From an uncultured bacterium (lineage in GTDB: Bacteria > Patescibacteriota > Minisyncoccia > Phycocordibacterales > UBA9973): a stretch of 64,000 nt of DNA. The notes beneath the pieces are model-generated. The model was not told where the DNA came from and did no database searches. It saw only the letters and a list, made by a program, of their open reading frames with translations. Positions 54,191 through 64,000 of this stretch are shown piece after piece. How positions within the stretch are numbered: position 1 is the first letter of the stretch; the number at the start of each line of letters is the position of its first letter. Position numbers and translations under genes: made by a program. The stretch lies in the NCBI GenBank assembly GCA_937903035.1, contig CALCZP010000002.1, forward strand, positions 20,739 through 84,738, given 5' to 3'.

Positions 54191-54229
54191 TAACCCTTAC
54201 TACAGTTGTAGTAAGGGTTATTTTTTTTT
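54191..54229 (+). terminator. Terminator TAACCCTTACTAC-AGTTG-TAGTAAGGGTTA plus T9
   Basis: Read directly. A second hairpin at 54232-54266 (AAATCCCCGA...TCGGGGATTT) serves the convergent minus-strand gene. Confidence 0.55.
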
Positions 54230-54268
54230 ACAAAAAATCCCCGAGTATGAGTCGGGGATTTCATATGC

Positions 54269-54496
54269 TTATAGAGTTTTGCGTTCTGGTACTGCACAAA
54301 AGCTACATACCAAAACAAAACATAGGAGAGTAATGTACGCTACTAAGCGAATTTCTTTTACCCAGGATGGTAGTACATGTAATAGTTCTCTCCAAACATA
54401 GTAGTTGAACCAAAATCCAACAGTTACCAAAAATACTCCAATGAGCATAAAGTTAAGCCAAGCTTTAAACTGTTTCATATGGCGTAAGGTTTGCAC
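54269..54496 (-). CDS. small membrane protein (75 aa)
   Basis: Two hydrophobic helices. Confidence 0.3.
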   Translation of the reverse strand: MQTLRHMKQFKAWLNFMLIGVFLVTVGFWFNYYVWRELLHVLPSWVKEIRLVAYITLLCFVLVCSFCAVPERKTL

Positions 54497-54568
54497 TACA
54501 GCGTATACCTGTGCATATTCATTTGCAAGTATTTTGACTTTCGGTCAATACCTGACTAGTATGTGTAT

Positions 54569-55231
54569 ATGAAGTTTCACTTCCTGACCATATTTCCGGA
54601 GATGCTAGAGAGCTATCTTGGCGAATCTATCCTCAAGCGCGCAAGCGAGCACAAGCTCGCCTCATTTGACGTGCGCAATATCCGCGACTATACCACTGAC
54701 AAGCACCGCAAAACCGATGAGCGTCCCTATGGTGGAGGTCCTGGTATGGTGATGACCGCAGAGCCAATATTGCGCGCTCATGCCAAGCTCAAGATGAAAG
54801 GCAAGAAGCCAAAGGTGATCATGCTCTCACCATCAGGCGAGATGTTCACCAATGCTGTGGCTGCCAAGATGGCGAAGTCCTACAGCGACATTATCTTTGT
54901 CTGCGGGCGATATGAGGGGGTGGATGATCGTGTCCGCAAGATCCTCAAGGCTGCAGAATACTCAATCGGGGACTATGTACTCACAGGAGGCGAACTTCCA
55001 GCACTCGTCATGACTGATGCGATCTGTCGACAGATCCGAGGTGTACTTGGAAAAGGGGAGTCGGTAGAGGAAAACCGTGTTGCAAGCCCTCGTGTCTATA
55101 CACGTCCTGAAATCCTGGAATGGCCAAAGGCAAAAAAGGGTGAAAAAGCCAAGAAACATAAGGTTCCTAAGGTGTTGACCGAAGGCGATCACAAAAAGAT
55201 CGACGAATGGCGCAAAAACCAGCAAAAGTAG
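54569..55231 (+). CDS. trmD: tRNA (guanine37-N1)-methyltransferase
   Basis: FHFLTIFPEM N-terminus; SPOUT motifs (GGGPGMV, GDYVLTGGE). Confidence 0.9.
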   Translation: MKFHFLTIFPEMLESYLGESILKRASEHKLASFDVRNIRDYTTDKHRKTDERPYGGGPGMVMTAEPILRAHAKLKMKGKKPKVIMLSPSGEMFTNAVAAKMAKSYSDIIFVCGRYEGVDDRVRKILKAAEYSIGDYVLTGGELPALVMTDAICRQIRGVLGKGESVEENRVASPRVYTRPEILEWPKAKKGEKAKKHKVPKVLTEGDHKKIDEWRKNQQK

Positions 55232-55310
55232 GGAATTAGGGTGGTAGGTATTGACATATATAGTATATATGCTATTATAAACACAAATTCACCTCTACAA
55301 ATATATAGTT

Positions 55311-55586
55311 ATGAACCGTAAAAAAATGCAGTTGCTTGCAGCTACGATAGTCGCTACTCAGTCAACACTTAGTGTTATACCTTCGGTAACCTATGTACCT
55401 CAGCAGGTGCAAGAAGTTACTGTTAAAGTTCAAGATACTACTACCACTAGTAACCGAGACTTCTCAGAAGAACCTTGGGGGCAATCAGCTATTTCTGCTG
55501 TACAAGAACCGTTAGTTCAATCACTTCCTATTCCTGGAAAGCCTTGGCCTGGAGGTTTCACTGATGCAGATCTTGAGCTTTGGTAA
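55311..55586 (+). CDS. secreted hypothetical protein (91 aa)
   Basis: Signal-like N-terminus; followed by terminator 55615-55638. Confidence 0.35.
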   Translation: MNRKKMQLLAATIVATQSTLSVIPSVTYVPQQVQEVTVKVQDTTTTSNRDFSEEPWGQSAISAVQEPLVQSLPIPGKPWPGGFTDADLELW

Positions 55587-55614
55587 CAATATATATCGAT
55601 GATTAGTTAATACT

Positions 55615-55638
55615 CCCCGCATGTCTATGCGGGGTTTT
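55615..55638 (+). terminator. Terminator CCCCGCAT-GTCT-ATGCGGGG plus TTTT
   Basis: Read directly. Confidence 0.55.
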
Positions 55639-55646
55639 ATATTGGT

Positions 55647-55675
55647 GATTGACACTGTATATACAATGGTTTATA
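55647..55675 (+). promoter_or_regulatory. Promoter-like TTGACA-17 nt-TATAGT upstream of rpoB
   Basis: Read directly; about 115-nt leader. Confidence 0.35.
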
Positions 55676-55791
55676 GTGTTTTCACTACAGATTTCGGAAG
55701 AGTTGCGGTAAGTATTCCTGTATTACGAGAGTTTTATTACAAGTAAGCCCTTTGCGACGGCAAAGTGGCGATTTTTGCGTCTATATACCAA

Positions 55792-58700
55792 ATGAGTAAA
55801 TCAACAACTGGTGTTCCGAGTATTCGGCCGAAAAAGTACTTTTCAAAGTACAAAAAACCTTTAGTAGAATTTCCTAACCTGATCCAGCATCAGATCGACT
55901 CGTATAACTGGCTCATTGAGAAAGGTATCAAAGCCGTTTTCAAAGAATTTACGCCAATCCAAGACTATTCTGGCAAGAAGTTCCAGCTCGACTTGGTGTC
56001 ATTCCATTTGACTCCACCAAAGTTCGACGAGAACTATGCTAAAGAAAACAAACTCTCCCTTGAAACGCAACTCAAGGCTCGCATCAAACTTACCAACAAA
56101 CAGACCGGTTCTGAAAAAGAACAGGAAATCTTCTTGACCGATATCCCGGTGATGACCTCACACGGAACATTTGTTATCAACGGCGTTGAACGTTCAATCG
56201 TTCCGCAGCTTTCACGTTCAAGCGGTGTGTTTTTCACCGAGCTTGAAGTCAAAGGTAAGCGATTCTTTGGGGCAAAAGTGATCCCAAACCGTGGTGTATG
56301 GATCGAAATCGAATCTGATCCAGACGGCACAGTATATGTACGTATCGACAAGAAGCGTAAGTTCCCGATCATCTCACTCCTTCGCGCGCTCGGACTCGCA
56401 ACTGACGAAGAAATCCTCAAACACTTCAAAAAAGATGAAGTGGCAACTCGTGTGATCACGCATGCAATCGAAAAGGATGTCGCAAAGACTCCTGAAGAAG
56501 CATATGTCGAAATCTATCGTAAGCTCCGCGACGGCGACCTTGCGACTGCTGACAATGCGCGTGAATTCGTGAAGACACTCTTTGGTGAAGAACGCTATGA
56601 CCTCTCAGCGGTTGGACGATTCCGTTTCAACAAGCGTTTTGAGCTCGACATGAGTGCAGAAGCAATGGAGCAAAAGACACTCTCTGCCTCAGATCTTTGC
56701 ATCATCGTTGCACATATTATCTCACTCAATAACACCCATGGTGCTCGTCCTGATGATATCGACAATCTCTCATCACGTCGTGTTCGTTTCGTTGGTGAAA
56801 TGCTCCAGCAGAAAATCTACATGGGCTTCACCCAGATCAAGCGTAACGTCCAGGATCGTATGTCGACCATTGATGCATCAAATGCACTCCCGATCCAGGT
56901 TGTGAACCAGCGTCCGCTTCAGGCTCGTGTAAAGGAATTCTTTACGACCAACCAGCTCTCTCAGTTCATGCAGCAAGAGAACCTGCTTTCAGAGCTTGAA
57001 GAGCTCCGAACGCTCTCAGCGCTTGGGCCCGGCGGTCTCACTCGTGAGCGCGCTACCCTTGAAGTACGTGACGTACACACCTCTCACTATGGTCGTGTGT
57101 GTCCTATCCACACGCCAGAAGGTCCTAACATTGGTCTCATTCTTCGTCTCTCTATCTACGCCCACATCAACGAGTTCGGTATTATTGAAACTCCGTACGT
57201 GAAGGTAAAGAACGGCAAGCTCACGAAAGAAATCGTCTACCTCAATGCCGCTGAAGAAGAAAAGTTCACGATCGCGCATGCATCAGTTGCATACGATAAA
57301 GATGGCAACTTGCCAGACCGTGTTGAAGCTCGTATCAAGACCGAGCCAGGTATTGTGAACAAAGCTGATGTTGATTTCATCGACGTTGCACCAAACCAGG
57401 CATTCTCACTTGCGACAAGTATGGTGCCATTCCTCGAGCACAACGATGCAAACCGTGCACTCATGGGATCAAACATGCAAAAACAGGCAGTGCCAGTGAT
57501 CCGCCCAGAAGCGCCACTCGTGGCAACCGGTATTGAAGAATCAGCTGCGCCATACTCAGGTCGTCTCATCATCGCTGAAGAAGCAGGTGAGGTCACCTAT
57601 GTTGACGCATCAAAGATCATCGTCAAGAACGACAAGAACAAAGAGCACACTTATACACTCGTGACCTTCCAGCGTACCAACCAGTTCGGTGCATTCCACC
57701 AGCGTCCGGTTGTGACTCTTGGTCAGAAAGTAAAAGCAGGTGATCTCCTTGGTGACTGTTCAACAACTGACAACGGTCAGATCTCACTCGGTCAAAACAT
57801 CCGCGTTGCATTCATGGTATGGAATGGTTCAAACTTCGAAGACGCGATTATTCTCTCAGAGCGTTTGATCAAGGATTCAAAATTCACTTCTATTTATGTA
57901 GCAGAGTTCACCTGTGTGGTTCGCGACACCAAGCTCGGTGCAGAAATCACCACTCGTGATATTCCAAACGTTGGTGAAGCTCGTCTGAAGGATCTCGATG
58001 AAGACGGTATCATTCGTGTTGGTGCTGAAGTCAAAGAAGGTGACATTCTCGTTGGTAAGATTACGCCAAAGGGCGAGACTGAACTCACTCCAGAAGAGCG
58101 TCTCCTTCGATCAATCTTCGCTGAAAAGGCTCGCGATGTGAAAGACACATCACTGAAGATGGATCACGGCAAGCGTGGTCGCATCATCCGCGTCAAAGTA
58201 TTCTCACGTGACCAGGGACACAATCTCGAAAGTGGTGTGATCAAGAAAATCGTTATCGAAGTTGCACAGCTCCGAAACATCTCAGTGGGTGACAAGCTGG
58301 CTGGTCGTCACGGTAACAAAGGTGTGATCTCAGTAGTCCTCCCAGAAGAAGATATGCCATATATGGCAGACGGTACTCCGGTTGATATGGTGCTCACCCC
58401 ACTTGGTGTGCCATCACGTATGAACCTTGGACAAATCCTTGAGCTTCACCTCGGTATGGCCGCAAACTCACTCGGCTACCAGGCAATTGTTCCTCCATTT
58501 AGCGGAGCAACTGATGCTGAAATCAAAGCAGAACTCAAAGAAGCTGGTCTTCCAGAAAACGGTCGCGTCTCACTCTTTGACGGACGAACCGGTGAGAAGT
58601 ATGAACAGGACATCGCAGTTGGCTACATGTACATCCTTAAACTTCACCACATGGTGGAAGACAAGATTCACATGCGTTCAATCGGTCCCTACAGTCTCAT

Positions 58701-59010
58701 CACCCAGCAGCCGCTCGGAGGTAAGGCACAAGGTGGAGGTCAGCGTTTCGGTGAAATGGAGGTCTGGGCACTTGAAGGATATGGTGCATCACACACACTC
58801 CGTGAAATGCTTACGATCAAATCCGATGATATTGCAGGTCGCGCGGCAACGTTTGACTCAATTATCAAAGGTGAGGAAATCAAAGCACCAAACGTTCCAG
58901 CATCATTCTCTGTCATGTTGAACTACTTGCGAGGACTCTCACTCGATGTTGATCTCAAGACAACGCTTCCACAGTCGGTCGAAGCGTCAGGTGAAGAACT
59001 TACAGCGTAG
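55792..59010 (+). CDS. rpoB: DNA-directed RNA polymerase subunit beta
   Basis: Conserved rpoB blocks throughout (for example GRHGNKGV, NMQRQAVP-like region). ORF-track start 55765; the Met at 55792 is chosen by alignment to the typical rpoB N-terminus (uncertain). Confidence 0.95.
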   Translation: MSKSTTGVPSIRPKKYFSKYKKPLVEFPNLIQHQIDSYNWLIEKGIKAVFKEFTPIQDYSGKKFQLDLVSFHLTPPKFDENYAKENKLSLETQLKARIKLTNKQTGSEKEQEIFLTDIPVMTSHGTFVINGVERSIVPQLSRSSGVFFTELEVKGKRFFGAKVIPNRGVWIEIESDPDGTVYVRIDKKRKFPIISLLRALGLATDEEILKHFKKDEVATRVITHAIEKDVAKTPEEAYVEIYRKLRDGDLATADNAREFVKTLFGEERYDLSAVGRFRFNKRFELDMSAEAMEQKTLSASDLCIIVAHIISLNNTHGARPDDIDNLSSRRVRFVGEMLQQKIYMGFTQIKRNVQDRMSTIDASNALPIQVVNQRPLQARVKEFFTTNQLSQFMQQENLLSELEELRTLSALGPGGLTRERATLEVRDVHTSHYGRVCPIHTPEGPNIGLILRLSIYAHINEFGIIETPYVKVKNGKLTKEIVYLNAAEEEKFTIAHASVAYDKDGNLPDRVEARIKTEPGIVNKADVDFIDVAPNQAFSLATSMVPFLEHNDANRALMGSNMQKQAVPVIRPEAPLVATGIEESAAPYSGRLIIAEEAGEVTYVDASKIIVKNDKNKEHTYTLVTFQRTNQFGAFHQRPVVTLGQKVKAGDLLGDCSTTDNGQISLGQNIRVAFMVWNGSNFEDAIILSERLIKDSKFTSIYVAEFTCVVRDTKLGAEITTRDIPNVGEARLKDLDEDGIIRVGAEVKEGDILVGKITPKGETELTPEERLLRSIFAEKARDVKDTSLKMDHGKRGRIIRVKVFSRDQGHNLESGVIKKIVIEVAQLRNISVGDKLAGRHGNKGVISVVLPEEDMPYMADGTPVDMVLTPLGVPSRMNLGQILELHLGMAANSLGYQAIVPPFSGATDAEIKAELKEAGLPENGRVSLFDGRTGEKYEQDIAVGYMYILKLHHMVEDKIHMRSIGPYSLITQQPLGGKAQGGGQRFGEMEVWALEGYGASHTLREMLTIKSDDIAGRAATFDSIIKGEEIKAPNVPASFSVMLNYLRGLSLDVDLKTTLPQSVEASGEELTA

Positions 59011-59029
59011 TCTCTCTAATACCATCATT

Positions 59030-62665
<3,636 letters not shown>

Positions 62666-64000
62666 ATGCAAACGGCAAAGGATACCATCAAGGACCGATT
62701 GCCTATTACAGATCTTCTGGGCTCCTATCTCACGCTTCAGCCATCAGGTACGCAGTTTAAGGCATGTTGTCCGTTCCATAATGAACGAACTGCATCGTTC
62801 TCGGTCTCACCCGAGCGAGGCCTTTACTATTGCTTCGGCTGCGGTGCAAAGGGGGATATCTTCACCTTTGTGCAGCAGTTTGAAGGCGTTGACTTTAAGG
62901 GTGCACTCAAGATCCTCGCTGATCGCGCGGGTGTGAAGCTCAACGACTATGATGACGGTAAAAAAGAAAGTACTGATCCTGTCTACGAAGCGCTTGAGAA
63001 GGCGACACTGAGATATCAAAATGAACTTGCTCGTAATCCTGATGCCCAAAGCTATCTTGCAAAGCGCGGACTCACCCCTGAGACGATCAAGACATTTCGT
63101 CTCGGCTATGCACCAGATGAGTGGCATTTCGTTTCGACGAGTGGTCTTTCACCAGAGCAGCAGTCGATCAATGAACGCGCAGGACTCACCAAAGCGACTG
63201 ACAAGGGATACTACGATCGCTTTCGCAAGCGCATCATGTTTCCGCTTGCTGACTCAAGTGGGCGAGTGGTTGGCTTTTCAGGTCGGCTCTATCCCGAAGA
63301 CAAGGAGAAAGACACTGCATCTCCCAAGTACCTCAACAGTCCGGAAACCGAAGTCTTTCAGAAGTCGCGCATCCTGTACTGTTTCGACAAGGCCAAGCTT
63401 GCCATTCGGCAGGCTGGCTTTGCCATTTTGGTAGAAGGGCAGATGGATGCAGTCCTCTCACATCAGTACGGATTCAAAAACACGATTGCCACATCGGGGA
63501 CTGCAGTGTCTGAGACCATGGCTGATGACGTGACAAGTAATCTCTCGGTCGTTGCACGACTCACGCCACACCTTTTTCTCGCATTTGATGGCGACAAGGC
63601 AGGGCAAAAAGCACTCGATAGAGCAGCACTCGTTGCACTTACCCTCGGTATGAATCCAAAAGTTGTTGCACTACCCGAGGGGATTGATCCTGCAGACTTC
63701 ATTGCTAAGGAAGGCAAGGATGCATGGCATGCACTTCTCAAAGGAAGCAAACACTTCATCTTGCATGAGCTTGCATTGTTGCAACGTGCATTACTCTCGC
63801 CGCACCTACTCGTCACCAAAATCAAAGAGCGACTCTTTCCGTTTCTCTCACGCATCCCGTCTGCCATCGAGCAGAAGCTCTATATTGAAACAATTGCAAA
63901 AGATATTGGAGTGAACGCTGACGAAGTGGTCAAAGAGCTCGCATCGTATGTAGCAAATACTCCAACGCACACGGCTCCTGCAAAACAAACGGCACAACTC
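62666..64000 (+). CDS. dnaG: DNA primase (partial; continues beyond the window)
   Basis: CHC2 zinc finger CCPFHNERTASFSV...YYCFGCGAKGD, and TOPRIM EGQMDAVL. The ATG is 1 nt after the rpoC stop. Absent from the ORF track because there is no in-window stop. Confidence 0.85.
   Translation, partial: MQTAKDTIKDRLPITDLLGSYLTLQPSGTQFKACCPFHNERTASFSVSPERGLYYCFGCGAKGDIFTFVQQFEGVDFKGALKILADRAGVKLNDYDDGKKESTDPVYEALEKATLRYQNELARNPDAQSYLAKRGLTPETIKTFRLGYAPDEWHFVSTSGLSPEQQSINERAGLTKATDKGYYDRFRKRIMFPLADSSGRVVGFSGRLYPEDKEKDTASPKYLNSPETEVFQKSRILYCFDKAKLAIRQAGFAILVEGQMDAVLSHQYGFKNTIATSGTAVSETMADDVTSNLSVVARLTPHLFLAFDGDKAGQKALDRAALVALTLGMNPKVVALPEGIDPADFIAKEGKDAWHALLKGSKHFILHELALLQRALLSPHLLVTKIKERLFPFLSRIPSAIEQKLYIETIAKDIGVNADEVVKELASYVANTPTHTAPAKQTAQL

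Overview
This window looks like a low-GC, gene-dense bacterial chromosome of the CPR/Patescibacteria type. The lineage call is an inference from several signs: a short 492-aa IF-2, weak Shine-Dalgarno use, a tandem array of VirB2/TrbC-like pilin-like proteins, and many small membrane or secreted proteins. Standard code 11 is assumed because the housekeeping genes are full length.

Two parts are distinct.

(1) Positions ~1-12.7 kb are AT-richer accessory DNA ending at a tRNA-Asn(GUU) gene at 12599-12670 on the minus strand. A large serine recombinase gene (11039-12610) overlaps the tRNA 3' end. Upstream of it lie:
- an RHH-like small protein;
- a winged-helix Rep-like protein preceded by a complex iteron-like direct-repeat array (9391-9594);
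- a type II restriction-modification pair (C5-cytosine methyltransferase plus an HpaII-family endonuclease, coupled by a 7-nt overlap);
- a stand-alone class-1 OLD-family ATPase/TOPRIM nuclease;
- several hypothetical genes, one carrying an A-run frameshift;
- a recurring palindromic ATGTTCGGAAT operator-like motif.

I read this as an integrated plasmid-like defence island inserted at tRNA-Asn. Its left end is not defined and may lie beyond the start of the window.

(2) Positions 12.7-64 kb are core chromosome. Genes in order are pyk, hpf, the lepB-hisS-def-fmt operon, pth, rpsA, gyrA, a SAM-methyltransferase, a solute-binding-like protein, the five pilin-like paralogues, an SPFH/membrane pair, a cluster of five tRNAs (Leu-UAG, Lys-CUU, Leu-UAA, Cys-GCA, Tyr-GUA), rbfA-infB, a cysteine desulfurase, clpB, rlmB, gltX, a 1146-aa surface protein (beta-helix plus LCAT-like lipase), a Pif1/RecD-like helicase, engB, an EVE-domain protein, a DoxX-family protein, rpsP, a KH-domain protein, trmD, rpoB, rpoC and a partial dnaG.

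Most worth a second look:
- a 150-nt leader-like element between gyrA and the methyltransferase gene with four long, mutually exclusive helices (attenuator/riboswitch-like);
- a duplicated-arm switch upstream of ORF 8951;
- a 25-nt duplicate of the tRNA-Leu(UAA) 3' end (integration scar);
- the pilin-like paralogue array;
- the surface lipase.

No rRNA genes or CRISPR arrays are present.
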